From: Octopus bimaculoides
Taxonomy: Eukaryota
Reading direction: 5' to 3'
DNA length: 49,078 bases
Assembly (NCBI RefSeq): GCF_001194135.2
Contig: NC_068981.1
Span: 19,032,839-19,081,916 of the forward strand
The notes under the pieces were generated by a model that saw only the letters and a list, made by a program, of their open reading frames with translations, made no database searches and was not told the DNA's origin. Below, in pieces: positions 10,901-24,140 of the stretch; the stretch's first letter is position 1, and each line of letters opens with the position of its first letter. The position numbers and the translations under genes are program-made.

Positions 10901-11195
10901 TCATTGGCTGCGGCCATGCTGGGGAACCGTCTTGAAGAATTTTTAGCCGAATGAAGTGAATCCAGTACTTATTGTTTTCCTTTTCCTCTAAGACTGGTAG
11001 TATTCTATCGGTCTCCTTGCCAAACCGTTAAGTTACGGGAACATAAACACACCAACACCGGTTGTCAAACGGTGGTGGGACACACACACACACACACACA
11101 CGCATACATATACATATACATATATACAACGGGCTTCTTTCAGTTTCCGTCTAACAATTCCACTCACAACGTCTTGGTCGGCCCGAGGATATAGT
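10899..11195 (-). mobile_element. SINE with internal microsatellite, 5'-truncated
   Basis: 11125-11195 is the reverse complement of the 47570-47650 SINE segment (GAAAGAAGCCCGTTGT, GACGGAAAC); 11005-11055 matches 5812-5866. Confidence 0.8.
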
Positions 11196-12385
11196 TAAGG
11201 AGTATATAAAAATGAACTTGGCATGTAACATGACGAGTATACCATTAAAACTCTTTCATCATGAGAAAAATGGCGTAAAATGATCTTGATTTATAAGTTA
11301 AACTCCGAGTTATTGAGTAATAATCACTTATGTTACGATATACGTACCGATCACAGGACTGCTATTACATTGAGGATGACTAAATTCAACATCTTAAGAT
11401 TACATGTAGATGTACATGCCACAATGGGATAGTGGGTAAAAACATGATTAGCTTTTGTTCAAAAATAAAGGCTCCTTGTTCAAATCTAGTCTAGTTCTCT
11501 GTACATATCGAAGACTGACTATGGTATATGAGAACAAATCAATCAAAATGTAGCTTTGATATAATATTGAAAAAATATTTCATCTTCAAAGAGAAATTTA
11601 ATAGTCCGAAAAATTATTATCTTATTAACAACAACTCATCTAGACATTTAGATAGTTAAACATCTATTTCACTCACTTAATAATGGCAGGCGTAACTAAC
11701 CAGAAATCATTACTGATAATGAAAGGAGTAACTAATGGATGCGTTTCACTATTTACTCTTCTGTCTCGTAATCTTTCTTCATTACATCTATAGCTCCTCT
11801 CTTTCTTACTTCCAATCTATACGTTTAATGGCATGACTGAATTTATAAAATATAATAAAATAATCTGTGTATCATATTTCAAGTAGGTACATCATTGAAA
11901 GCCTACTTAACTACCCCATTCGTCTTGAGATAATATCTCTTATAGACGGATAGCTGTTAAAAAAGACAAAAAATACAAAATAGTGTACAATGAATGACTT
12001 ACAGCTGAGGCAATTGACTGACACCGGTCCTTCGTAGCTGACATCTTCTCGTAAATGTTTTACGTAAAAATAGCGAGGTGTGGGTGAATTTTTATCTCAA
12101 CAGTGAAATTACTCTGTATTACAGTTTTGCGTTAATAAAAAAACAGAAGGGTGCAATGCGCATGACTTCTGTATGCCCTTTTGGGATTGGTGTTTTCAAT
12201 GCAGCCGAAGCCCGATCTGAATACAAGCACGAAGTTGTTTGCAGGGAACTATAAACGGCGCGGGATCAGGAGCCTGGTTTGCATGGTTGGAATAGTGTGA
12301 ACTCTGCTAAAGGCATCCAAGAACATAAAAGGGTGTTATACGTATATACGCATTTATATAGAGAGATGGAGTACATACATGATGT

Positions 12386-12778
12386 TGTTGTTGTTGTTGT
12401 TGGCACTCCGTCGCTTACGACGTCGAGGGTTCCAGTTGATCCGATCAACGGAACAGCCTGCTCGTGAAATTAACGTGCAAGTGGCTGAGCACTCCACAGA
12501 TACGTGTACCCTTAACATAGTTCTCGGGGATATTCAGCGTAACATAGTGTGACAAGGCTGACCCTTTGAATTACAGGCACAACAGAAACAGGAAGTAAGA
12601 GTGAGAGAAAGTTGTGGTGGAAGAGTACAGCAGGGTTCGCCACCATCCCCTGCCGGAGCCTCGTGGAGCTTTTAGGTGTTTTCGCTCAATAAACACTCAC
12701 AATGCCCGGTCTGGGAATCGAAACCGCGATCCTATGACCGCGAGTCCGCTGCCCTAACCACGGGGCCATTGTGCCTCC
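12386..12778 (-). mobile_element. Full-length tRNA-derived SINE with (CAA)n tail
   Basis: On the minus strand: A-box-like TGGCCCCGTGG and B-box GGTTTCGATTCCC; (CAA)n tail; 13-bp TSD ACATACATGATGT (12373-12385 / 12779-12791); about 90% similar to 31351-31730. Confidence 0.93.
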
Positions 12779-13887
12779 ACATACATGATGTACATACAAA
12801 CAATCTATATGATGCATGTGGTCATGTGTCTCCTCATCAAATGTCACTATACCTCATGATGTGCTTCGCCTGATGTAGATAACACAGAAACGTCATGATC
12901 CTCTGACCGCTCGATATCGGGCTAAGCACGCTCCTAGGACGATCTTTGTACTTGAGATCATGTTCTCAATACAATGGCACCAAGTAGCACTGATATTTCA
13001 TAAGAGAATATCATTTTTGACGATAAACGCTTAACTTTTCGGTGGAAACTGTACATAATTTCTCCTAAATTAAAACTATAATCACTAGAGTTTGAGGCAA
13101 TCAGCAGAAACCAGCTCAATAATATTTTTTTTTTCGTTTAAATAATGTATAATGTCAGCATGTTAAATGAAGAAGTGAGTTCTAACATTTTTTAAAAACT
13201 ACTTTAAATAAATGTTGAGTAATGTGTTTTGTCTAAGAGTTTATTTCATTGCGGAATCTTTATAACGATTTGAACGTATGATTAATAGTCAATGTTTTTC
13301 AATGATTTCTGTTCTAAAATATTATCCTCTGTTTTTATTGATACTAGCCCTGTCCCTTTCTGTCGAAAACAGTTTAAAGAAATAGGGATAAAGGAAAAGA
13401 ACCAAAAGCAAAATTGTAGTCAGACGAAGATATTGATGGGAAAAATTGAGAATTGAAGAATCTGCAAATCATAGATAGGAAGCGTTAAAGAATATGCTGA
13501 AACGAATAGTGTATCAGTATAATTACACTAAATAAATAGAAAATCATTGAAGAGTGAAATAATTGTTGGAATGGTTAATCAATGCCAGGTATGGAAAAGA
13601 ATCACTGATGTGTAACTGAAGTATATCAATAACAGAAAATATGGCCAAATCAACATTTCGTGTCTATTGCAGGATATCTCCAGAGTTTCAAGTATAAATG
13701 ATGTTTCTGCTGCAAAATCTCATTTGTTTTGTTTTTGCTTTTCTCATTTACCAGGAAGATTTGTAGCCAAACTTCCGAAAACTGATGGTATAGAAATCTA
13801 GGGAGGTGATAGGTCATATTCCAGGCATTAAAGCAATATTAGTGCGTTCAAACTCCTGACTATGAAAGTGCAGAATTATATATATAG

Positions 13888-13941
<54 letters not shown>

Positions 13942-16254
13942 TACATATACATGTACGTGCGCGTACACACATACACACACACTCGTATGTTAAGCAATGA
14001 TAGTTCCATTGGGACCAAAGATTGCTACTGATGGCATGATTAATGTTGCAAAAGTAAGTTCAGGAATGACCAGACAGGTTGGTGCATTAACTTATATCTG
14101 CCAATAGGAACTTGTTATTTAGGAGGTTTTTCCATGTCAGTTAAATATGATATATGTGGTCATTTCTTTCCTCACCAGATGTCAACGCANNNNNNNNNNN
14201 NNNNNNNNNNNNNNNNNNNNNNNNNNNNNNNNNNNNNNNNNNNNNNNNNNNNNNNNNNNNNNNNNNNNNNNNNNNNNNNNNNNNNNNNNNNNNNNNNNNN
14301 NNNNNNNNNNNNNNNNNNNNNNNNNNNNNNNNNNNNNNNNNNNNNNNNNNNNNNNNNNNNNNNNNNNNNNNNNNNNNNNNNNNNNNNNNNNNNNNNNNNN
14401 NNNNNNNNNNNNNNNNNNNNNNNNNNNNNNNNNNNNNNNNNNNNNNNNNNNNNNNNNNNNNNNNNNNNNNNNNNNNNNNNNNNNNNNNNNNNNNNNNNNN
14501 NNNNNNNNNNNNNNNNNNNNNNNNNNNNNNNNNNNNNNNNNNNNNNNNNNNNNNNNNNNNNAACATAGCATGAACACTAAAATTACGTACATTCACATAT
14601 AGAAACGCTTGTATACTCATATATTCATATCTATAAGTCTGAACATGTACATCACATACACATGCATGTGTGCACACATACATACACATTTATATAGAGT
14701 GATGGAGTACACAAACGATGTACATACATTCTAGATGCACACATACATCATACATACATGTTTTTCTGTTAATATACATACCCACAAATACATACATACA
14801 TAATACATACATATATACATGCATACATAATACATACATACACACATACATACATACATACGTACATACATACATACATACATAACATAGCATAACATAA
14901 CAACATTCATATGCATCGTCGTCAACAACAGACGAATAGGCATAGAGGACCGATTAAAATGTGTTCATGAACATTTTCGACTATAAATACGCAAATATAG
15001 TGGTCTAGATCGATAACTGTTTTTTTTTTCTTTCTGTCTCCTCTTATTAATAAGAGAAACACTCTTTACTCTCCAACTTAGCTTATTACAAAAAAACAAA
15101 AAGCAAACAAAAAAATATTCACCAGGTCGTTGAAAATATTGATAGCAACACCAATACCGATATCAACAGGGCTACTCACATTAACAGTACTAACATGTTT
15201 GTGAGATTAGACGACGAAGAAATTCTCACTTCGTTTGCTTTTTGCTTGTAAACTAAAATCTTCTGTGCTAAGAAAGAAAAAAAATCTCGCCTAAATTCTC
15301 CTATCTTTTAACAAAAATACTGGGCAGAAGCTTTCCCCAAACTTCAAATGCTTACTTCACAGTTAATCAGCTTCGACAACAAGCATCTTTGCTCGAAAAA
15401 AAAAAAATGGCTGTCACCGATAGGAACTGTTAGTCCAGCTCATATGATATTAGTCGATTGAAGTCATCCTGAAACCAGCCACAGAAGTGAGCGATAAAAA
15501 TGTAAATAAAACACCACGGTTATCACCTTAGTCAGCTTTCTTACGTCTTTGTATGAAACTGGTCTTGCAGAGATGACTGGAATGCATACAACTTATAAAC
15601 AATTTAAAACTACAGTTTGCAAAATAATTTCACCACACTCAATAAGCTATCATTATATAACACGCCATTTTTGATAAGAGTAGCGAAAAAAAAAAAACAA
15701 AAAAAAACACAAGCGTTCTCATGTTAAGAATTACTAACATTATCTACGGAACTCTTGTAAAATATGTGATATCAAGAATTGGATTATCAATACCTTTTTG
15801 TATATAGTTGCTACTACTCTGGAAGGACACAACGGATACTTATTTGTAGAGAATGTGATAATGAAATTACACGAGCAACTCATGCGGTTAACAAAATTAA
15901 AGGAAAACATCAACAGAATCGGCCATGTAACCCCATGACAACGTTTCAATTTTTTTCATCAAGCAACTAGATTGCATTGGTGGCAATCATTTCGACTGAA
16001 GTCAGCAATTAGCGCACGACAATGGTTCGGCGTATATTTACATCAACCGCTTTAACCAGTTTACGGCGGTGATTCATTCGGTTGCGTGCGCGCTGCAACG
16101 GTAATCGCGCCAGTTGAGGTTAGCATTCAGTACGAGATAGCGTTCGGCGTATGTTTACGTCAACCGCTTTAGTGCATGTACTGATTATTTGCCTAATCTA
16201 TATCCCTGTGCAGGACTTCAACTTCATGTATTTACAATCACGTGAATTCAGAAA

Positions 16255-18010
16255 TGAACTTTAGTATGGAAGTGGTCAAAACAGGGTACCACACGCAGTG
16301 GCATATCACATTGTGAACAATGTTATCTAGTTTCTTTACGTTTCCCTTTTGTCTTATATGCTGTGCATCTCTATGAAGCCTTTGTCTGCTTGGCGGTGGA
16401 GAGAAACAGTCGTGGAAAATGTCCATGTCCCTTCACCATGTGATGAGGAGAGAATCCAGCGTGGAGACGTCCACGCGTTCTCTACTTTGGCATGTCTGAT
16501 GCTTGCATCATTTCACGGAACAATAGATTCCTGAATGTGAATCCATCCTCCACACCACCAAGCATCTGCCAAATCAAATGTGAATACACGACATACATGT
16601 CAACTATATACAAGAAAATGTTTGTACCATTTCACAAATTTTCTCACCGATTTGTGTGTCGTCACCAGCTGATCTGAGCAATCAACCCCGCCCATCCCTT
16701 CATTGTATGAAATAACTACACTAGGTTTCATTATGGCATTACCGTCTGCGTCTTGTTTCCTAGTGTCCTTTATGCTTGCAAAATGCATTGTGAGTAACAT
16801 GCAGACATTTTTCTTCTCACGCCACACTAGAACGTGAATGCCACTATCGGTGCATCGGTACGATGCTTTATCTTCTGAAGCTCGGGCAGCATGTTTTTCC
16901 TGTGCGTCCACACAATCCCACAGGTATTAGTCTTCCTCGCCTGCAACTTCAGGAAGAGGTCTGGACTGGAAAACTAGTTGTCCATATAAATATTGTAGCC
17001 TTTGTCAAACAAGTTTTCATTTAGCAACAATACGACATCACTTGACACTACAGTAGACGTTGGAAGATCCAATCTGTCCTGACCAGTGTAGATTTTGTAA
17101 TTCCACGTGTACCCACAGGCTCTGCTGGTTGGCTAGCAAACTTTATACGCCTTGACTCCTAAGCGGACACGTTTGGTTGGGTCGTATCATTTGAATCGAA
17201 CCCTTCCTTGAATTTCCACTAACTATCGTCCATACAAATGTCCTGTGCGGGGACATACAAAATTCTGAAACATTCAGCCATTTCGTCACCGATAGGATGT
17301 ATTTTGGACATCCAGTCATCCTGGTTCTCGCCTGAATTTAAATGTAGAAGAAGCACCAAAAATCGATCACGTGGCATCGTTTTCGGAAAGAAAGGTGCCG
17401 ATTCCAATATGACGCCAGAGTCGGTTTCGTCACGGTGCCCATCAGTATTAGCAGGGCAATCAGAACTTTGAGTTTGTCCCCTGTGGTTGGAAACCAATCA
17501 CCAACAAGCCCAGGTCTGACATGTTGGGGATGGTTTTCAGCATAATCATTCGTTTCGTCCGCTATATATTGGAACATTCCATCCGTCAAAAACTCGCGAA
17601 AGATTTCCAATGGCGAACTTCCATGTTCAGGGTTTGCCTTTATGCCAAGCGTACCAGTAAACCCATGCCGTTAGATGAAATTGTCTCTCACTCGCCACAC
17701 GACATTCTGTTGTCCAGGTCCATTCACTACTGTCTGCCTGTACCGTTGATTCACCGGAATATCATCATCGCTGTCGGTATCATCTGATTCTGAACTAGGA
17801 AAATAATCACTCTCCGAGTCATCGTCCGAACCGGAAGAAACAACTGGTGAGGTGGTGAAGCTTGGTGTAGCTTGGTGCGACGACCACAAATTCGACGAAA
17901 TAGGACGGGACGACGAAGTTGACGGAGCCGGAGCGGTAGGACGCGACGACCGTAAATTCGACGAAACAGGACGTGACGGCGAAGTTGACGGAGCCGGAGC
18001 GGTAGGACCT
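16255..18010 (-). pseudogene. piggyBac (PGBD4-like) transposase, with frameshifts and stops
   Basis: Acidic N-terminus (DDDSESDYFPSSESDD); FQYIADETNDYA; LILMG; MPRDRF; catalytic DDS, YMDN*FSSP and MGGVDCSDQ; C-terminal cysteine-rich domain [35 protein letters not shown]. Confidence 0.92.
17879..18010. repeat. 66-bp tandem duplication (2 units) in the piggyBac 5' coding region
   Basis: Units start at 17879 and 17945; reads as a Ser/Pro-rich 22-aa repeat (RPTAPAPSTS...) on the minus strand. Confidence 0.9.
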
Positions 18011-18718
18011 GCCTATCAGGTTGTAAGTATTTACATGAAACATCTAATCGGCCTATCAGTTGGCAGGGGAGCCGTTACTACCTCAGGGGATAGGTTCTAA
18101 GTCAGGCGGCGTATAATTACGTCGACCGATTTAAAGCATGTGCATTGCGTGCGTAAATTTACGTCAACCGTTTTAAAAAGGTTAATTAATATCATAATGT
18201 ATAAAGTAAATAAGTTCACAGCACACCGACTGCAGCTTGTTAACGAAAAGAAAAAAAGACTCAAACAAAATTAACAATAATGAACGAGGATTCTACACAG
18301 CAAAATTCGGTTAATAACTTTAATACACGAACTCCCAAAAAAAAAAAAAAAAAAAAGAAGAGAAAAACTTCGTTGTCGGAAACACAACTACAACGAGCCA
18401 GTACATATTTGTCTCTAATCTACAAATCGCGAACTGGAAGATTAACAAAAAATGTATTCGTAAAATGAGCTCCGTCACGAGAAGTTCTTAAATTTATTTT
18501 GGTCTGAAATCTGGAATGAAAGGTTTTCAATCAAATTGCATTATGGTTAGATACAGTAAAAAAAAAGAAAAAAATGCCTTATCAAAATCAATTCTATAAC
18601 TTTGGCAATCAACTTAGGAATTTTCGCTAAAGCTGTGGAAAATGAGAGGCACTGGAAGATGTTGAATTTAACAGATACTCACTAACTTGTATATTTAAGA
18701 TACAAGTTATTTAAGAAC

Positions 18719-18830
18719 GAAAGGTCAGATTGTTATATCAAATTGATTTGTCATTGTACCGACAGATCCTCAGAATGAAAGGTCAGATTGCTTTTTCAAA
18801 TTGTTTTGTCATTCTGCGGACAAATCTTGT
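18719..18830. repeat. 58-bp imperfect tandem duplication
   Basis: GAAAGGTCAGATTG...CAAATTG.TTTGTCATT at 18719 and 18777. Confidence 0.85.
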
Positions 18831-19881
18831 AACCAGCAATGAAGACACAAACTATAGACACTACTTCTGTAAACATTATCTATGAACTTTACACAAGCCA
18901 TCTCAAATAAATTCAGCTAAACCCATTGAAAGTGCAAGGGAGTGACTGATCACCTGGCTGATGAAGAGATGTGTGTGAAGGGTTGTCCAGATGTGCTGTT
19001 CGAAGTGGAGAAATAGAGCAGAAACCATGTGAGAGTATAGACTGATTACAAAAAGGCGTTGATTCTATTACCTACTCATAGTTGCTGAAGTCACTGAACT
19101 TGACAAAAATATTTTCCGTCTAAACTGCAGCCATTGAAGGACTTACAAAAGCATGTCCAACAGTTTTCACACTCTTAACTGGATGCAGACAGATTGTCAA
19201 ATGCTATTAATATTTGAAGGGAATATTCCAAGTATGGTTTGTGCAGCGGTTTATTTCAGCGCTAAATCAAATGCTATTTTTCTAATTACAAAATTGCAGT
19301 GTTTGTATTAGGGTTTACAACAGCAAGACACACCAATATAATTAATAATTTATTTGTAGATGATCTAATGATCTTTAGTAAAATATTTACGATACTGATA
19401 TTTCGTAACATTTTCTGCATGATGTAGGGATAGAATTTGGTCAAACGAAATATGAATATGGGATAAAATGCTTCCGAAATCTGAAGCCTTTACATCAATG
19501 GTCTCAATATCTATCCTGTTGCATACATTGGACACTACAAATATGTAGGTATTGACGAAAATATATCGTACAAAGGTGCTTTGATAAAAGATAGTGTGAC
19601 CAAAAAATATTATACGAGACTTTACAAATATAGCAGTCGGAACATTCTTTTCACAAAACGCTCTCTACTTATGCATTTTGTAATATCAGTACCTGTAACC
19701 ACCTTAAGAACGCTTGATTAAAATATAGAAGAAATCTGTCCCGTTGATACAAGAACCTCAAAGAACGCTGTCAGTAATTGAAAGTTTCCACGTGAATAAT
19801 TACAGCGACAGAAGGAAAGGTGAAAAAGAAGCTCAGTCTAACCATTTGAGTGCCGTATGATATCACTCAAACAGACAGCAG

Positions 19882-19917
<36 letters not shown>

Positions 19918-20600
19918 GACAGCAAAAATAAATAAATCAACCAAGTGTTCCAAAATGAATGGAACAACATCTTACGAGTAGGTAATAGACTTCTCAAAAA
20001 GTACTCGCTTCTCGGTGATTATCCTTACGGCAGCAGAATTGTTGGACGACTTCCCTTTAAAAAGTTCAGTATATCAAAAGATGCTATGCATGGATGTGAC
20101 TCCTGTAAACTCAAGCAAAATGCTAACATTAATTGATAGCGTAACTTCTGACTGTTGACCGCGTTATCTCACGCCACTTTTCGACGTAAAATGTCTATTA
20201 TGTCATATTTCTGTGGAAGATATTACATTGGTGATAAACAGAAACTATGTTCCAATGCGGTATGCTATAGTGGGTAAAACAATTCACTGTCCTATCCGTA
20301 AAAAAAGATTGTTCTGGAATAATATTAAGAATATCTGTTGTTAAATATATATATATCAACATAAAGAACATTGTTGAGAGTTTCCTATAAAATTTTATCA
20401 AGTTTAAACAAAATAGACCTGAGGTGGTTGTCTGAGAGAGAAAAGTTATAGAGGTCATAGAGGTCATAGAGGCCAGCTGCCCTGCAAATGTGAACATTTC
20501 TTTCAAAATAAGTGACAAAGAGTATATTTAAGGAAATTTGTTTAAGCTTGCAGTTTCTCTACCCATTTTACGGACACATTTATACCAATAATTATTGGTG
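18830..20600 (+). mobile_element. Dong/R4-type LINE, heavily decayed RT to RLE region
   Basis: TDYKKA, KGIFQ, NNLFVDDL, DVGIEFGQTK, YKYVGIDENI, then KQNRPEVVV...IEASCPANVNISFKISDKE (RLE motif). Confidence 0.75.
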
Positions 20601-21258
20601 TTCTTAGCTATATCAATAAACGTCCACGTGATAGTCACGAAAATTTAGGATTTTCGAGCAAAGCGAGTAACTAGTTGATACCCACTTTGTAGATAAAATT
20701 TGTAAGCATAACAGAAGAAAAAAAAAACACTTTTCTAAATTGCAGCACGTATCTCTTATCACTGTTGTTATCCAAATTTTAATGAGGAAGCTACAGAAAA
20801 AATAAAACGTTAGTTCGTAAATACAACAACGAAAAGTAATACCATAGAACTTTTGTTTATGTTATTTACCGACAGAAAATGTAGACCTCGACAGATTTTG
20901 ATGACGTTATAAAACAACAATAATTCAACAGTACATGGTTTGAGAATACCGTGTTGATGTAGAATTCAAATGAAAAATTCTAAATATGAATTTACAATGG
21001 TTTACATATGTTTCTGAAAATGTACATCGATAAGTCAAGGAGATAATTTATATAATAGAAATGTTATGGAAAATGTACATGGATATTTTCATGTTTTCAT
21101 GTCAAGGAGATATTGAGTGTAGTGAGCTATGGGCAAATAAATGAATGCTTATCGTTCTAAGTAAAATCAGTTAAATGTACCCATATTTACTGGTAAAAAT
21201 TCTGTCGAGGCTATGCTGAGGTAGAATTTAACTGCTATCAAGAGGGAGCGAGAGCAAG

Positions 21259-21311
<53 letters not shown>

Positions 21312-21954
21312 GGGAGGTGGGTGCTAAAATAATATCTGACGCAAGAATACTGCCAGAATAAAAAAGTTAGAAGCAGTAGGAGACTTGCATGTATCGAATG
21401 AATAACACCAAATTAGAAAAAGAAAAAAGAAAATTTCTGGTGCTTTTACTGGAAGATTAGGTCCTGCAGAGTATTAGTCTCTGATTGGTCAAAGCAACGC
21501 GTGTGACAAGAGTAAATTAAAATGTCAACAGTGGAAGTGGAATCACTAGAGAACGTTGTTTCTTTCTTAGAAACCAGCTATTTCTTAAAAGAAAGAATTC
21601 CTGACAAAAACAAGATAATAATAAACAAATACATATGTGCATATATTATATACAGTAATGCGTACATACATATGAGCGCGCAGATGTATAGACATACACA
21701 GATATATCACAAGATATGTGTGTGCAATATTTAAATATTCAATTTCTTCGATCAATACTAGTATTTCTCGGACACTCAGTGTATGTGGCCGAGTATGCCA
21801 AAGTCAAATACCAGCAAAATACTCAGGTAGACTCACTTTGACAGTGTAGATAAAAAAGTTAGGTCCGCAAATTACAGTTACAGTCAATTTGATGGGCTTC
21901 CACATAGATTTCACCAACTGAAACTAACCAACGTGGCTTGGGCTGAATGACAAT

Positions 21955-22135
21955 AAATGTACAGCCACCAATATTATTTTGCTCTGTAGATGTGAACATC
22001 GCTTCCAAAGTTAACAAGAAGGAGAATATTTCTGGACAACAGCTTCGAAATTTGCAGCTCTTCTACCCTGACTATAAAATACACATTTATTCTAATGGTT
22101 ATTGTTACACACGATTACGATAATTTGGAAAGTGA
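21955..22135 (+). mobile_element. Dong/R4 C-terminal (post-RLE) fragment, near-duplicate of 23152-23305
   Basis: VDVNIASKVNK..LRNLQLFYPDYKIH; about 90% identical to 23152-23305 by eye. Confidence 0.7.
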
Positions 22136-22269
22136 CAAATACAAAGCTCGGTTAGAGCCAGAAAATCGTTGACAGACGTGCAGCTGCACAGGATCGTCTA
22201 AAATGTGCTTTTAAACGTCTCCTCCTGCATCTATGTCAACTGCATCTATGTCGACCTAGAGAAGCCCCG

Positions 22270-23305
22270 ATCAGAAAGTCGTTCTTTTTCTTCCATCACA
22301 AATAAGAGAAACCTGTTTTACTAATCAAACACGAATAATTTATAGTGGATTCTAAACAAGGATTTTCCACCACATGGAGTTTCGCTTATTTCAACATCAA
22401 TAATGACAACACCCTTACAAACATTGTGGAATCTGCGAACTATTCTATGTAATGTAAATGTCCTACTCATTTCCCCGGTCTTTGTAAATAAATCGGGATG
22501 TTCCGCGATGCAATGAAAAAAGCCAGAGAAAATCCCACGATAGGATACATGACTCGCTTAAAAATATACCGAAACGAATTTTGAACATGCTCAAAAGATG
22601 AGGCAACAGACATCCTTCTATGTTTGGAAAAAGGCTGTCACAAAACAGCAGTCAATAATCTAATTCCTATGATGCCATTCAGCTTTCCTATTGTACTGAA
22701 AACTGCTCAAAAATTGCCGTAGGGACCGACAAGAATGTGAACAACCTGATACCGCTAGCGGCGCCATCATGCAAGTTTGTCGTCGGATCGGCGTCTCTAC
22801 GTACTGACCAAATAGTGACAACTATTGAATATACGCAGCTGAAAAACATTTTACAACTACAGCTTGAAAACAGTTTTCCCAGCTTCTGTCAGCTGTCATT
22901 AAATAACGGACCTCCTTTGACGAGAGCGGGAGAAAGACAGCTGTGAGGCAACCGTAAATGTGGATTATATGAATCTTCTGTGGAGGCCACAACACAAAGT
23001 AACCAGCAGATGCTGAAAATGACATCGCGGTACTACCTTCGGCAATGACATGATGCTCAATCCTCCTGGATAAGTATAAGCAGTACCGTAGCTATTGAAC
23101 ACATGCATTCCAATCAAAGCTGCTACCAAGAGCAAACATAATAAACCTAATATGTACAGCCATAAATATTATTTTGCTCTGTAGATGTGAACATCACTTT
23201 CGTTAACAAGAAGGAGAATATTTCTGGACAACTGCTTCGAAATTTGCAGCTCTTCTACTCTGACTATAAAATACACATTTATTCCAATAGTTACGATAAT
23301 TTGGA
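22270..23305 (+). mobile_element. Internally deleted Dong/R4-like remnant (N-terminal and C-terminal pieces)
   Basis: KARENPTIGYMTRLKIY near 22520; IKAATKSKHNKPN near 23120; post-RLE segment 23152-23305. Confidence 0.55.
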
Positions 23306-23825
23306 AAAGCTATGATTTTCAATCAAAGCGATCTGCTGATACGATTTTTAAGTGGAACAGCCAAAATATGCAAGACTTTTCTCAAGTTCAGTATGTAATA
23401 TTTATCGTTGTCATTACTCCAATCCCAGTGATAAAGTTTTTGTGTATTTACCTGAAACCAACTTCCTACTTTCAGGAAGAATTCCAATGAATAAATAAAA
23501 ATGTAAACATGCGTGTAAGCATATGTGTGTGGTTGTGTACATACTTACGCATACGCACACACACATACGCACACACATATAAGCATATTAATATGCATAT
23601 ACGTATATGTAGATATACAACGGGTATAAAATCTATGCAACTATCTTTTAATCAATTGCTCGATCTATCGAAATTTATCAATCGACGTACATATCTGTTA
23701 ATTTGCTAACCATATATATACCTATCAATCGATGCGTCTACTTACCTATCCCTTTTCTTCCATCCTTTCCTACCAACCTAGCCATCTACCAATCAGTCTG
23801 TCCGTCTGTATATGTACTCGACGTC

Positions 23826-23827
<2 letters not shown>

Positions 23828-23900
<73 letters not shown>
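23828..23900. repeat. (TATC)n microsatellite
   Basis: Direct reading. Confidence 0.95.
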
Positions 23901-23901
<1 letters not shown>

Positions 23902-24059
23902 TCCACCGTGTACCTACCTACATAACAGATTCGTTATCCACACATCAATCAATCAGTCAATCAATCAATCAATCATACAATCGATCACTGAGTCTACCCA
24001 CTATATATGAACTGAGACAAACTGCAGTTAACTCATCTGATCTAATATGCTGGTATCTG

Positions 24060-24105
24060 TTCAGAGTGTAGATGGTGATGGTTGTAGTAATTGTGGTGAT
24101 AATGG

Positions 24106-24140
<35 letters not shown>

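Larger units (their letters stand above)
16056..18181 (-). mobile_element. piggyBac-family DNA transposon (left boundary less certain)
   Basis: TTAA at 16052-16055 and 18182-18185 with CC...GG termini; repeated ~22-bp subterminal motif; internal transposase remnant. Confidence 0.85.

Noticed and set aside
12003-12100. Minus-strand exon candidate with a GTAAGT donor
   Set aside because: All three frames hit a stop before a convincing acceptor.
15126-15250. Short open frame VVENIDSNTNTDINRATHINST after a CAG
   Set aside because: No recognisable homology or donor site; below the ORF threshold.
18950-19000. CTGATGA with possible stem I pairing (hammerhead candidate)
   Set aside because: No GAAA after a stem II, and it lies inside R4 RT coding sequence.
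20443-20475. AGGTCA-tag-AGGTCA DR3 nuclear-receptor-like element
   Set aside because: Explained as a 9-bp micro-duplication (IEVIEVIE) inside the decayed R4 ORF.
20198-20518. 106-aa hydrophobic minus-strand ORF resembling a membrane receptor
   Set aside because: It is the antisense of the R4 RLE region (NRPEVVV...EASCPANVN on the plus strand).
21478-21510. CTGATTGGTC (reverse CCAAT box) as a promoter
   Set aside because: Single short motif with no associated gene or TSS evidence.
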